IMG/VR virus record: IMGVR_UViG_3300012017_001157
Coordinates: 1-64,000 of that record
Reading direction: 5' to 3' (one strand)
Origin: an uncultured virus (IMG/VR IMGVR_UViG_3300012017_001157)
Lineage: Duplodnaviria > Heunggongvirae > Uroviricota > Caudoviricetes
DNA length: 64,000 nucleotides
Positions within the stretch are counted from its first letter, which is position 1. Each line of letters opens with the position of its first letter. Positions 1-9,941 of the stretch are shown here, in pieces. A program made the position numbers and the translations under genes. Under the pieces are notes generated by a model that did no database searches, was not told where the DNA came from, and was given only the letters and a program-made list of their open reading frames with translations.

Positions 1-589
1 GCTCTGGCGTGGGCTCTGGCGTGGGCTCTGGCGTGGGCTCTGGAGTTGGTTCTGGGGTTGGCTCTGGGGTTGGCTCTGGGGTTGGGGTTGGCTCTGGGCT
101 TGATGGCGGACCAACGACCCAAGATGTGTTTGTGATTGTCAGCGTGCCAACGCCACAGCATGAATCAAGTGAAAGAACACGGAACCCAAAGGCCCCGCCA
201 GCCGTCACGTAGACCTCAACAGTCCCGCTGGCGCTTTTCGTATTGTTGGCAAGATCGGTCCAAATATCTGCAAGCAAAACCTGCGGGCGGTCAAAGTACG
301 CATTGTCGGTTGTGATAAAAGACCAAGAGAAAGACACCGTCTCGCCGAGGGATGAGTTCGTTGTGATTCCAGTCACGGTGTTTACCCACGGCTGGCCCGG
401 CAGCACGTTATTACTACCATCAATGACAATCGTTCCGTCGGTAAGGATTATGGTTCCGTTTGCGTCTACCTGCTGATCCCATTGATCGGTATCGTCAAGG
501 GCATAAACAGGAGATGTGACGTATCCAAAGAATAAAGCGCTTACAATCAGCCATATGATTGCAGCAGCTACAAACCGCTTCTGGGTCAT
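1..589 (-). CDS. Secreted/membrane protein with Pro-Glu-Pro-Thr repeat tract (3'-truncated by the window edge)
   Basis: Manual translation from ATG at 589: MTQKRFVAAAIIWLIVSALFFG (signal-like), a beta-rich domain, then PEPT repeats; ATGA overlap with the upstream gene; absent from the ORF track because it runs off the window. Confidence 0.8.
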   Translation of the reverse strand, partial: MTQKRFVAAAIIWLIVSALFFGYVTSPVYALDDTDQWDQQVDANGTIILTDGTIVIDGSNNVLPGQPWVNTVTGITTNSSLGETVSFSWSFITTDNAYFDRPQVLLADIWTDLANNTKSASGTVEVYVTAGGAFGFRVLSLDSCCGVGTLTITNTSWVVGPPSSPEPTPTPEPTPEPTPEPTPEPTPEPTPEPTPE

Positions 590-771
590 TTTCCCTGTCC
601 GGAAAGCCAGGCTACAATCCCACTGACGCCAGTAAGGCCAAGAATGCCAATGACAAATTTGGCAAGTCGATACGCGCCACGCGTTTCTGCCATTTCAACG
701 CGCATGGCAGAAAGCTCCTCCTCGATCTTGTCGAGGCGGTCAAGAATTTGCTGAACGTTGTTCGCAGTCAC
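586..771 (-). CDS. Small coiled-coil plus single-TM protein (holin-like)
   Basis: 61 aa, N-terminal coiled coil, C-terminal hydrophobic helix FVIGILGLTGVSGIVAWL. Confidence 0.55.
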   Translation of the reverse strand: MTANNVQQILDRLDKIEEELSAMRVEMAETRGAYRLAKFVIGILGLTGVSGIVAWLSGQGK

Positions 772-1014
772 ATCGGCACCTCATGTTGTGTGGATGCATT
801 GATGTGTTGCACTATATTATGCGCCTACTTCAAGCGCAAGTCATTTAACCTCTGCGCGCCCAGCCGTCGCCCTTATAAAAAATGTTTGACGCAGAAAAAA
901 CTTTATTCAGTTCTTTTCCGCACTCTTTATGTATTTTCTTGCTTTCGTCGGACATTGCGTGCATAATTTCTACTTTTTTTTCGCATTTGTCGCAAAAGTA
1001 CTCGTAGACTGGCA

Positions 1015-1176
1015 TTATTTCTTTTCTTGATCTTTAAACTTAGCCAACTCCGCCTCAAGTTCGGCAATCTTTGCCTGCAGCGCAGCGATCTGCGACTGAT
1101 AGATGTCGCCCTGAACGACCATCGCACCGATCTTCCTAAGGAGATCCTCTACTGTGATCTGAATGTTATCCGACAT
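1015..1176 (-). CDS. Small coiled-coil hypothetical protein (53 aa)
   Basis: GGAGGA RBS then MSDNIQITVEDLLRKIGAM...AELEAELAKFKDQEKK; below the track length cut-off. Confidence 0.65.
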   Translation of the reverse strand: MSDNIQITVEDLLRKIGAMVVQGDIYQSQIAALQAKIAELEAELAKFKDQEKK

Positions 1177-1945
1177 TTTGTCCTCCAAAATTTTGACCAG
1201 TGAGGCGACATGCCTCCCTTATTACCGAGTTTACATTACAGTCTAACCCTTCGTCAACATAGGTCAGTTTGATAATGTTTGGGTGTCTTTTGACAATCTC
1301 TGCCACCACCTCTGGGTTTTGATCTGTTTCAATTCTAGCAAGTGCGGCTGGCCCACCTGGCTCTAGGGCATCGGAATGCGGAACACTTAACCACAGGCTA
1401 GAAAACTCCGCATTACCTTCTAGGAGTTTAATAAACGTTTTGTCTATAAGAAAATAGTCATCGTCACCATGGGCGCCCAGATAGGACTGCATTGCGCTAA
1501 TCCAAATCAGTGGAATTCTTGACCCGCTTTTTGAGGCCATAAACCACCCGCACGCGCCAGATAGCCCAACTGGTTCGTGGGGGTGCCACCTGCCATCTAT
1601 CTTCATCCACCTTTGTCCTCGGTACATCCAGAAATCCCGCCCTAGGGGGAGCCATTCGTCCAGTGGTCGCAGGCACATAACGCTGGCATCAGTCCAGACG
1701 CCACCATAGGCATGCATTAGGTATAGCCGGATTAGATCCGAGCGCTTTTGCAGCGACAGGGACCTAGGAGCGATAGCTTCTGGAACATAATCCGTAATGT
1801 TTTTCTCTGTCAGAAGAACTATTTCCCAGTCTGGGTTTAGCCTTACCCATGAATCTAGGCATAGCCTTGCGACACGGGGCGCTTGATCCCATCCTTGAAA
1901 CCATAAAATCCAAATCCTTTTAATCAATTGGGTAAGCCCCCACAT
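1166..1945 (-). CDS. Capsular-polysaccharide-synthesis / DxD glycosyltransferase (GT32-like)
   Basis: IWILWFQG, SW..LNPDW, SDLIRL.L..YGGVWTDAS motifs. Confidence 0.8.
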   Translation of the reverse strand: MWGLTQLIKRIWILWFQGWDQAPRVARLCLDSWVRLNPDWEIVLLTEKNITDYVPEAIAPRSLSLQKRSDLIRLYLMHAYGGVWTDASVMCLRPLDEWLPLGRDFWMYRGQRWMKIDGRWHPHEPVGLSGACGWFMASKSGSRIPLIWISAMQSYLGAHGDDDYFLIDKTFIKLLEGNAEFSSLWLSVPHSDALEPGGPAALARIETDQNPEVVAEIVKRHPNIIKLTYVDEGLDCNVNSVIREACRLTGQNFGGQNVG

Positions 1946-3008
1946 TTACATATTCGTATTGATTCCTTCTGACAAGGTTGTTAAACTTAAAGTACATTTT
2001 TCTGTTGGCGTCTCCAAGGTACACCCCAGCATAAGCCTCATATGATTTAATTTTGTTTTCGTTATCTGGATCTGTAAAATATTTCTGCATATTTTTCTCA
2101 ATTTCGTCAAATATGTCCCCTGTAAATCCAGCGCCCCCAGCAAGGTCTCTAACGTTTTCCCTGTTTCCATACTCTTCCGTTTCTTCCTCGCAATACATAT
2201 GGAAAATTGGGCAAGGGACATACGGATAGACTAAGCTAAATCCATTGTTAATCAATTCAATTGACTGAACAATCTCCTCTTCCCAAAACAAAAATTCGGG
2301 GTGCAGCCCAACATGTTGCACGAGAATCCTTGTTGAGAACATAAATGCACCAGTAACCTTGATGGCTGGTGCGAAACCGGTTTCTTTCACAAGTTTTTCT
2401 AGATTCATTGTCACATGGCTTGGGTCTTTATGTCTCCACCTTGGAATCGCGTCCTTTACCCACCACCATCCCGTCATCCAATACGGATAACCGACAACAT
2501 CACTTTCGCTGTAGTCAAGTTCGTAGTTTTTTTGCGATGGATACCAATAGGGCTCGGGAACTCCGGTAACAACTGTTCTCTCATTTTTTGTTATTTTTAA
2601 AGCACGGCTATGTGTTTCAATCAGCTTACTGTCCCAGTCTTTTACGAAATAAGAATGCGCGTCAACCTGTAGAACGTAGTCTTCGTCCCCATACATGGAA
2701 TACGCTGCATTTCTCCCTTTGCCAATCCCATAATTTTCTGCAAGTGGAAAATGCCTAATTATTACATTTGGTATAGAGAATATGTCTGGAGATTCTTGCT
2801 GCTGGCTGGCAAATGCCTCGTCCGTAGATATGTAAGCAACACCTATGGAGACGTCGTTATTTCCTGATCTGTTTTGCAGGCAGGATAATATAGTGACTGG
2901 GAGCTCGGAGTCCCGCTCCAGCACGGATACCGACACATAAATACTTTTTTTTACGGCGTTGCTGGGCATGTGTGTACGGATTGCGTTTTTACTATAGATG
3001 AATGCCAT
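1920..3008 (-). CDS. Skp1-type hydroxyproline GlcNAc-transferase-like glycosyltransferase
   Basis: GIGKGRN..Y..EDYVLQVDAHSYFVKDWD and F.WEEEI.S motifs resemble the Gnt1/GT60 family. Confidence 0.65.
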   Translation of the reverse strand: MAFIYSKNAIRTHMPSNAVKKSIYVSVSVLERDSELPVTILSCLQNRSGNNDVSIGVAYISTDEAFASQQQESPDIFSIPNVIIRHFPLAENYGIGKGRNAAYSMYGDEDYVLQVDAHSYFVKDWDSKLIETHSRALKITKNERTVVTGVPEPYWYPSQKNYELDYSESDVVGYPYWMTGWWWVKDAIPRWRHKDPSHVTMNLEKLVKETGFAPAIKVTGAFMFSTRILVQHVGLHPEFLFWEEEIVQSIELINNGFSLVYPYVPCPIFHMYCEEETEEYGNRENVRDLAGGAGFTGDIFDEIEKNMQKYFTDPDNENKIKSYEAYAGVYLGDANRKMYFKFNNLVRRNQYEYVNVGAYPID

Positions 3009-3700
3009 GGTGGATTTACGCCAAGACTGTTGTTAAGGGATATCCCCGGTCGCGCAACGGCACCAGCCTGAACAAAATCTGGGCTCTTAAGGGCTGCAGC
3101 ACTTATCTTTTCATATTTCCCCATTGATTGAACCCTGTCCCCGTGGCACCTTAGCCTCAATGGGTTGTCGGAGTGATCATATCCAATCATGAGCGGGACA
3201 AATTCATCCGCTGGTATAATTGCTTTTGGCGTATTCGCCCTGATGAGAGCATCTGCCCCCTTGGGGGTGATAACGTACGAAGAAAGCCAGTAGGGATATC
3301 TTGGCATAATCAGATCGTCGTCAATTCGGGTAATTTTAGATGGAATATTTTCCATATATCCAAGATATAGGATGTCATATTTCTTTATGGCTCTTTCATA
3401 AAGATCAAACCGTGGCGCAGTTAGCGGTATTGCGTCGTCTTCCAGTATTAAAAGCGGCTCGTTTATTCTCTGGCAAACCCCCCAAGACTGAAAGTGGCTA
3501 ACAAAACACGCAACTTCTTCGTCTGTCGTAATCTTACCGGTGTGTGAATCCCTCCATTCACGGTCTGCGCTCCACCCGGCAGCCCTAGCCTCGTCAGCGT
3601 CTATGGAGGGCATTAGGTCAAACGGTATCCCCCGCATCGCCCAAGAGAAAGACTCAAGCCTGTCTGGTCTTGACTTAAGATTTATGACGCCTATCTTCAT
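2951..3700 (-). CDS. Glycosyltransferase family 25
   Basis: VINLKSRPDR, ACFVSH..W, LILEDDA, SYVITPKGA, PADEF motifs. Confidence 0.85.
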   Translation of the reverse strand: MKIGVINLKSRPDRLESFSWAMRGIPFDLMPSIDADEARAAGWSADREWRDSHTGKITTDEEVACFVSHFQSWGVCQRINEPLLILEDDAIPLTAPRFDLYERAIKKYDILYLGYMENIPSKITRIDDDLIMPRYPYWLSSYVITPKGADALIRANTPKAIIPADEFVPLMIGYDHSDNPLRLRCHGDRVQSMGKYEKISAAALKSPDFVQAGAVARPGISLNNSLGVNPPWHSSIVKTQSVHTCPATP

Positions 3701-4524
3701 TTAAATTCTTTCTTTGCCCAAAAGAATTTCTTGTACGGAGCCCTAAATACGCTATTGAGCCGTGCAAAGATTTTTAAACCGCCGCGCTCCAGTTCTGCTG
3801 CGTCTTCTTCTGAGTCAGAAATATATGACGACCAGGACTCCCTTTTAAAAGGAATCACCTGGGCTAAAGGTGTTCCCGCTGGAACAATCCCATCAAAATG
3901 AGGATCTTTGAACACCATCATAAAGTTGATTTGTGGCGCAAATTGGTCAGAATCAATTACCCCAGGGACTATTTCCCAATACTTGCTCGGGTTGTTTAGC
4001 GGCTCCGTAATAATTACAGAATATCCCGGAGGTGTCATAATTCTCCATGGGGTAAAAACTTTTCTTAAGCGCTGACCAGAATTCTGGCATAGCGGGTGGG
4101 TCATGGCCTGTCCGTAGTCATGATGGCTTATTTCTAGGGACGGGATTCTTTCTAGCCGTCTTGGGTGCGTTGCCTCAATCACCACCTCTTCTTGGGGGCA
4201 ATCTGGAACGTTAGTGTTTAAGTCGCCAGTGTATGGCTTTACATACATTTCGGCAGTAGTAACAAGACCGTATCCAAGCGTAAGCGAGTCAAGGATTGGA
4301 ATGCACCGCTTGATGGTGGGCATCTCGTTTCCGTTCAATATGTTAATGCTGTCGTCGTTGTCAGCTAAGCCGTTAAATCCGCCGTGGGACGGCATATCCT
4401 TCCACCAGTCGGCCAGCATCTTTGACATTGGTCGAGGGAGCGACTCTGGGTTTACGTCAACATTGCCCCAGTGACCGTAGTTTGAAAATATCGCTATGCG
4501 CTTATCTTTGGTCATATGGCGCAC
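3697..4524 (-). CDS. Conserved phage protein, paralog 1 of 3 (DUF6065-like)
   Basis: WWKDMP, TIKRC.P.LD..GY, W.I.TPPGYS, GTPLAQ.IPFKRE.W shared with 6235-7092 and 7092-7859. Confidence 0.6.
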   Translation of the reverse strand: MRHMTKDKRIAIFSNYGHWGNVDVNPESLPRPMSKMLADWWKDMPSHGGFNGLADNDDSINILNGNEMPTIKRCIPILDSLTLGYGLVTTAEMYVKPYTGDLNTNVPDCPQEEVVIEATHPRRLERIPSLEISHHDYGQAMTHPLCQNSGQRLRKVFTPWRIMTPPGYSVIITEPLNNPSKYWEIVPGVIDSDQFAPQINFMMVFKDPHFDGIVPAGTPLAQVIPFKRESWSSYISDSEEDAAELERGGLKIFARLNSVFRAPYKKFFWAKKEFK

Positions 4525-5135
4525 ACCGAATCATGGGCAATAACAGCTGCAATTCTTTGATTTCCCCATAAATCGGACAGGAAATTATTCCCTTTGTTGG
4601 CGTAGATCTGGCTTAATCCCCGCCTCTTATCTCCGGTGTGCCACATCGGCATTGTGTACCTGCGACCAGAAGTTACCATTTCAACCTCGTGCAAATACTC
4701 CCACCCGCCGCTTGGGAAGATCGCCGCGGATAGCGGCTCAGGATGGTACCGCATGTTGTGATTTGGAAACACTATGTCCCCACCAGTAAATTCTCCACCA
4801 AGATAAATAACGCTGCTAAAGATAATATGCTCAGAACCAGTGTGGGAGTCAGTGTGCCCGCCCGCCTCTGCCCCAGCGACCCAAAGGGAGGCGTGACATT
4901 GGGTTGTATAGAGCGGCGGCGCCCATCCAAACTCCTCTCGGTGGGCATCTAGTATTTTGTCAGAATACTTTTTAAGAATCATCTGCGATTCAGAATGATT
5001 TTCAGAAAGCACAGAGATGTTTGGATTGTGGTTGTCAATAAATGGTATGCTTGGACCAGCGTCAATAAGAGAAATCATTCTTGCAGCGTCTTCTGGCTCA
5101 ACAAAATTCTTGATTATTTTGATTCTATGACCCAT
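4512..5135 (-). CDS. 2OG-Fe(II) oxygenase, prolyl-4-hydroxylase-like
   Basis: HTD...SSVIYL...FTGG.I.FP...HEV..VTSG.RY gives the HxD...H...R signature. Confidence 0.85.
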   Translation of the reverse strand: MGHRIKIIKNFVEPEDAARMISLIDAGPSIPFIDNHNPNISVLSENHSESQMILKKYSDKILDAHREEFGWAPPLYTTQCHASLWVAGAEAGGHTDSHTGSEHIIFSSVIYLGGEFTGGDIVFPNHNMRYHPEPLSAAIFPSGGWEYLHEVEMVTSGRRYTMPMWHTGDKRRGLSQIYANKGNNFLSDLWGNQRIAAVIAHDSVCAI

Positions 5136-6057
5136 TTTGCTCCTCCGGTCCGCAGGTTTGGTGACGAATCTTTGTGTCTCTTTCGCATTTTATGATTGTC
5201 AAGATAAGGCTTCGGTAAAGGTCAACTTCTAGCTCTTCCTCGCGGTAGTCCATGTGCTTCCATGTCGTTATCATATCTGAGAATACCACATTTGCCCCAG
5301 ACTCTATGGCCAGCCTCCTGAGAAGGCTAGATGGAGTTGAGGAATGAAAAAGGTTTCCTGCAAGCATATCCTGAAGGTACTGTGACTCAGTTTTTGCAAA
5401 ACCCCAGTCTATGATTGCTAGGTAGGTTGTCCCTACCCTTGATAGTATGTTCCTAATGTAGTTTGATTTGGCGGGGGAGTAAGCAAAAACTCCGCTTGCT
5501 GGGTCAACATCGCCGCAGGAGTTATCGTCAAGTTGACAGTTTGGAATATTCTCATAATACGGTACCCCGTTATGCCCGACTGCTAGTTCTTGCAGCGCCC
5601 CCGAGGGGTAAAGCCTTCTCATCACCGTAAACGGGAGCGCGTCAAGGAACTGATTTGCAATGACCACTGCCGTCCCGCCGTCTTTTTCGGGAATTAACCC
5701 ATCATCAATTATTGAGTCACAATGCCCCTTGCGCCGAAGAATCGCCTGAAGCTTTGGGCTAAATTCTGAGCAGACCACCCTTGGAGTTGATTCCAAGTTC
5801 ATTAGATTTAGGACTCCAGAGGATAGCGTCCCAGCCCCGTCCCCGTCAAAACGAAGAGTATCTATTTCCCCAATAGAGGATATCCACCGCCCCAGTGCGC
5901 GCTGAAATACTGGACCGTTTGAGTTGGAGTAAAGCCCCTCAACGACCCAGTTTATATCCCCCTTATATTGACCAGATTCCCCGGTTAATCCATTCTGGGC
6001 AATAAACCTATATCTATGGGGTAGGTTTGGTGTCACTGCTTTGACCCCACTTTCCAA
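5125..6057 (-). CDS. SAM-dependent methyltransferase, MidA/NDUFAF7-like
   Basis: DGAGTLS glycine motif, IANQFLDALPF (cf. ANEFFDALP) and IDWG (cf. IDYG). Confidence 0.6.
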   Translation of the reverse strand: MESGVKAVTPNLPHRYRFIAQNGLTGESGQYKGDINWVVEGLYSNSNGPVFQRALGRWISSIGEIDTLRFDGDGAGTLSSGVLNLMNLESTPRVVCSEFSPKLQAILRRKGHCDSIIDDGLIPEKDGGTAVVIANQFLDALPFTVMRRLYPSGALQELAVGHNGVPYYENIPNCQLDDNSCGDVDPASGVFAYSPAKSNYIRNILSRVGTTYLAIIDWGFAKTESQYLQDMLAGNLFHSSTPSSLLRRLAIESGANVVFSDMITTWKHMDYREEELEVDLYRSLILTIIKCERDTKIRHQTCGPEEQNGS

Positions 6058-6238
6058 TTGGACATTCAGAATGCGGAAGTTGAGCCTTTAGCTTCATAAA
6101 GCATAGGCACTTCTTGCACTGACCAGAAAGGCGGATAAAGTGATCGCAAGACCTGCAAGCGCTGAGACGCTCTTCAAGCACCTCGTCTTTCACTCTTCCA
6201 ATATTTGGGTTGAGCATATCCCACGGCTTTGAACTCAT
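6014..6238 (-). CDS. Small Cys-rich protein (DUF6171-like)
   Basis: ERL..C.SC...CKKC.CFM.LK..L...CPIGKW pattern. Confidence 0.65.
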   Translation of the reverse strand: MSSKPWDMLNPNIGRVKDEVLEERLSACRSCDHFIRLSGQCKKCLCFMKLKAQLPHSECPIGKWGQSSDTKPTP

Positions 6239-7092
6239 TTTGAACCACCAACTTCTTTGACTGACTCTCCGTGCATAACTGGGCACCTTCCCTCCGCGGG
6301 GATGCCGCTGGCTGGCTGGTGTTCGGTAATATCGTTATATGTCTTTTTCTTCCAGAATAGTTTTCGGTATGCACCGCCAAATACATTTCTGGTAAGTTGT
6401 ACATATTTAGCTCGGTGGGATGGCTCAAACGGAAGCCTCTTGGCGCTCCACTCTTCTCTCTTTATTGGGATTATTTGGAATATCGGCGTTCCCTTTTCAA
6501 TGACCCCAGTAAATTTCTTGTCTAAATAAAATGTTATTTCTGATCGGAGCGGGAAATCATCAGCGTCCACAATGGCAGACATTGTTCTAAATGGAAGATC
6601 ATTTCGGTTTAGTGGATGAGTTATAAGAACCGACCACCCCTTAGGAACGCCAAACTCAAACGGCTGAATCCAGAGATATGGGTTTGGCTCGTACCCTTCT
6701 GGGGCCGGGAATCCAGACATAGAATTAGGGTTCCTTGGGCTCCTTGCTGGCTCCCAAAGGAATTGCTGGGGCCATGCGATCCTCGTTTCCCCACGCTCAT
6801 TCCTTGTTATCTGGAGGTCTGTTGAAAGCTCCTGGATGAATCCCGCAGTAAACGCATCAATCAGGGGGACGCACGCCTTAACGGTGTGGTTGTATTCACT
6901 ATTGTTCTGGTTAAATTTTTCCATTCCAGGAACGTATTGCGGAATGTTTTTATACCATTGGGGGATGTAGTCCTTTGCTGGCATTGGGTGAACAAAGCCG
7001 GTTCCTTCAAGCTGCAGTTCCTCCGGTCTCCACGTAACGGTCTTCCCTGCGGGGCGATTAAAAATAGAGGAGATTGCATTTTTTATATTCAT
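6235..7092 (-). CDS. Conserved phage protein, paralog 2 of 3 (DUF6065-like)
   Basis: IPQWYK, TVKACVP.ID..GF, KGTPIFQIIPIKREEW. Confidence 0.6.
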   Translation of the reverse strand: MNIKNAISSIFNRPAGKTVTWRPEELQLEGTGFVHPMPAKDYIPQWYKNIPQYVPGMEKFNQNNSEYNHTVKACVPLIDAFTAGFIQELSTDLQITRNERGETRIAWPQQFLWEPARSPRNPNSMSGFPAPEGYEPNPYLWIQPFEFGVPKGWSVLITHPLNRNDLPFRTMSAIVDADDFPLRSEITFYLDKKFTGVIEKGTPIFQIIPIKREEWSAKRLPFEPSHRAKYVQLTRNVFGGAYRKLFWKKKTYNDITEHQPASGIPAEGRCPVMHGESVKEVGGSK

Positions 7093-7859
7093 TACTTAAA
7101 TTCCTTTTTTTGCCAGAAAAACCTTTTATATACCGAAGAAATATATGTGCTGAACACTCTTTGCTGATGATTGATTTTATCTAGATCCTCTGGGGTAGCC
7201 TCTGTTTCCAGTTGCCATGACTCTCTTTTAAACGGGAAAACCTGGACGACTGGTGTTCCGGCTGGGATAATTCCCTGCCAGTCCTCTTTCTCAACAACAA
7301 ATGGAAAATTAACAACATTTGTATAGGTATCAGTATCTACAACCCCTGGCAGGGCGGTAAAGAAACCATTCGGATTATTCATTGGTGGAATAAATAGTGT
7401 TGAATAACCAGGGGGCGTTACGATATGCCATGGGCTGATGTATTTAAAAACGTCGCGGTTCTGGTATTTCTTTGCTATTGGGTGTTCTTTTGCCTGACCG
7501 AACGAGTGCCCCTCCAGTTGCTTTCCCCCACTGATTCCTGGTCTCCAGGCTGTCCTGAATTGCGTTCCGGTATTTTCATTAGCCTCATTTTTAATAGCAT
7601 TTATCTCTACATAGATGTCCTGATCGGTAACCAAGACATATCCAAGGCTCATGCTATCCAGTATCGGTACACACCTTTTTATGGTGGAGTTGTAATCGCC
7701 ATCATTGCTCATTGACTTCTCGTCTGGCTTGGCCCCTCCCCATCCGCCATATGCAGGCATGTCTTTCCACCACTGAGGAATGTTTTTTCCAATCGGGGTC
7801 GGCCAGAACTCCTTGAGCACTGGTCTTTCAGCAATGAACTTAATGGTTTTATCGCTCAT
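7092..7859 (-). CDS. Conserved phage protein, paralog 3 of 3 (DUF6065-like)
   Basis: IPQWWKDMP, TIKRCVPILD, TPPGYS, AGTPVVQVFPFKRESW. Confidence 0.6.
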   Translation of the reverse strand: MSDKTIKFIAERPVLKEFWPTPIGKNIPQWWKDMPAYGGWGGAKPDEKSMSNDGDYNSTIKRCVPILDSMSLGYVLVTDQDIYVEINAIKNEANENTGTQFRTAWRPGISGGKQLEGHSFGQAKEHPIAKKYQNRDVFKYISPWHIVTPPGYSTLFIPPMNNPNGFFTALPGVVDTDTYTNVVNFPFVVEKEDWQGIIPAGTPVVQVFPFKRESWQLETEATPEDLDKINHQQRVFSTYISSVYKRFFWQKKEFK

Positions 7860-8420
7860 TTAGCGATCTACCTTTTGGTTAAGGATTGCTTTTATTTTTT
7901 CAATTTCACTTCTTAGCTGCTCAATTTCATTAGAGATATTTACGGCAAGTTCGGCTACGGCTGGATTTTCTTCCTTGCCGCAACCTTCGCATGCCTGCTT
8001 TTCTCCAGCCGCTGCCGACGCAGTGCTGGGCTGGTCGCCGCGAAGACCGGGCGACTTGCCGTATAGATCAGTCAGGCCCAGATTTGACTCAATTTCCGTA
8101 TCCATATCATTAGCCCACCCGACTACTCGATTAATCGGGCTGCCGTCCTGCGTCATGATAAGGACTGGAACACCAGTTACACCAGCAGAACCAGCAATTG
8201 ACGGACTTCGGTTTATATCAACAGCAAGGATGCTAAGTCCAACATCCTTATATTTTTCTTGAATTGCATCAATAAATGGGCTTGCGTCGTTGCAGAATTT
8301 ACAGGATTCAGAAGAGAAATAGTACAAAACGGAACCTAGGCTCCTGTTCTCGGACAAGAGCTTTGTCCATGGTGTTTCTTGAATTTGTGAGACCTCTGGC
8401 CTGTCAATGTACTGTGGCAC
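7860..8420 (-). CDS. Thioredoxin-fold protein with C-terminal extension
   Basis: CKFC active site, GVP cis-Pro motif. Confidence 0.75.
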   Translation of the reverse strand: MPQYIDRPEVSQIQETPWTKLLSENRSLGSVLYYFSSESCKFCNDASPFIDAIQEKYKDVGLSILAVDINRSPSIAGSAGVTGVPVLIMTQDGSPINRVVGWANDMDTEIESNLGLTDLYGKSPGLRGDQPSTASAAAGEKQACEGCGKEENPAVAELAVNISNEIEQLRSEIEKIKAILNQKVDR

Positions 8421-8441
8421 TTTACCTCCCCTTAAATTTAC

Positions 8442-9941
8442 TTATCCGACTATAACACCGACGCTATCGCCGGATGAAACATAGGTAGTGTACCAGAAGT
8501 CTATCTGGTTTGTCTCCCCTGGGTTTTGGTCTCCAAGCGGGGCAACCCCCATCCCGTGACCAACCGAGGAGAGATAGTCTGTCTGACCAGAGGCCTGGGA
8601 CCCAGACGTCGCAGCGGATGTCGTCCACGCGGCATCGGTATATACCGTAGCGGTGTATGATCCACCAGCCGTCACCACCTTGATGGAGCCCCAGGTTTGA
8701 GTTGAGGATGTGCTGTCATAAAGGGCGGCTGAGGTGTGGTGGTTTGTTCTGGACCCAGAGGCAATCCTGTCCACCTTCAAGTAGTACCTGTACTGATAGG
8801 CTGGAACTGTTGACAGGCATGCGTCATAACAGTCAACGCCGCTTGTTGGCACACATGTGCTGCAAGCATTTGTATTCCCCCCAGACGCCGTGCAAGTGCA
8901 GGTAATGGTTGATTGAACCCCAGTTGTTCCACATGATGTGCAGACCGTGTTGGCAGATCCACAGGTAGTATTTCCGCACGAGTAGGAGCCCCCAGACACT
9001 GGGGTGCAGGCGTCAGTTGCGCATGTGCCAACATATGAATTGCTAGATCCGCAGCTATAGACAGTCTTGAGGTTTCCCCCACTTGCATAATTTCCACCAG
9101 AGATAGCGTTATAGGTAATTGCGTTGTAGTTTGTTTTATAGCCTGTGCACCCTCCTGGGCTGGTAATTGGGTTTCCAGCGTTTGTTCCAGCGGGAGAAAA
9201 TATTGAAGCTCCGTTTTTAGTTGTTCCATTTTTAACGAACTTCGGGTTTCCGGCGTTTGTTCCATTGGTTTTTGATGATGCATATGTGGTGCATGGAGTG
9301 CCAGCGACATTGCCACCTGCTTGATTTCCTCCGGTAATAGGATTATAGTTTGTAGCATTTTCAACAACATCTGATTGGCATGTTTCTGCATTATTCCCTG
9401 ATGGCTGGGCGCAATTCGCTGTTCCGCATACCCTCTGGGTTTCTGCAACCGTTCCAGATGCCCTAGAAGGCACGCCGCTCTCGCTACAGGAGCATGCTCC
9501 GTGGGTTGTGTCGGTGCATCCACACGCAACATTTGATACGAAAGAATTGCTCTGCCCCGTTGTATACACCGTAGGGTTTATGTTCCCGCCGCCGCACCCG
9601 GTGCACGACGTGCATGAGTAGTATCCACCAACACACGTTGTTCCACTTTGATATCTCTCACCATAAACGTAAGAAATCCAGTAGTTACTTGAATCTGCGA
9701 CCCAGAACGCTGCCCCGACGCCGTTTCCTAGCGTCGCGCCAACTCCAGTCTCAATTCCAACCTCTGCATCTGAGTTTGGGATAACACACCATGCAATATC
9801 TGATGACTGGGTGTTGTTTGCGGCATTTGTGGAAATATTCCACTGGGTGGCGTTTTGCCACGAAAGATTACCCGTGTCAGTTGACCCAAGAGTTCCTTGG
9901 CTTGTATCTGCCCTGTTAAATGTATCGGATACCGTTGCCAT
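8442..9941 (-). CDS. Cys/Gly/Thr-rich virion or fibre-tip protein
   Basis: Starts D.FNRAD; dozens of Cys in CxxC/CxC clusters; last gene of the fibre cluster. Confidence 0.55.
   Translation of the reverse strand: MATVSDTFNRADTSQGTLGSTDTGNLSWQNATQWNISTNAANNTQSSDIAWCVIPNSDAEVGIETGVGATLGNGVGAAFWVADSSNYWISYVYGERYQSGTTCVGGYYSCTSCTGCGGGNINPTVYTTGQSNSFVSNVACGCTDTTHGACSCSESGVPSRASGTVAETQRVCGTANCAQPSGNNAETCQSDVVENATNYNPITGGNQAGGNVAGTPCTTYASSKTNGTNAGNPKFVKNGTTKNGASIFSPAGTNAGNPITSPGGCTGYKTNYNAITYNAISGGNYASGGNLKTVYSCGSSNSYVGTCATDACTPVSGGSYSCGNTTCGSANTVCTSCGTTGVQSTITCTCTASGGNTNACSTCVPTSGVDCYDACLSTVPAYQYRYYLKVDRIASGSRTNHHTSAALYDSTSSTQTWGSIKVVTAGGSYTATVYTDAAWTTSAATSGSQASGQTDYLSSVGHGMGVAPLGDQNPGETNQIDFWYTTYVSSGDSVGVIVG

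Noticed and set aside
9..212. Plus-strand GSGV-repeat ORF
   Set aside because: Antisense shadow of the minus-strand PEPT-repeat gene
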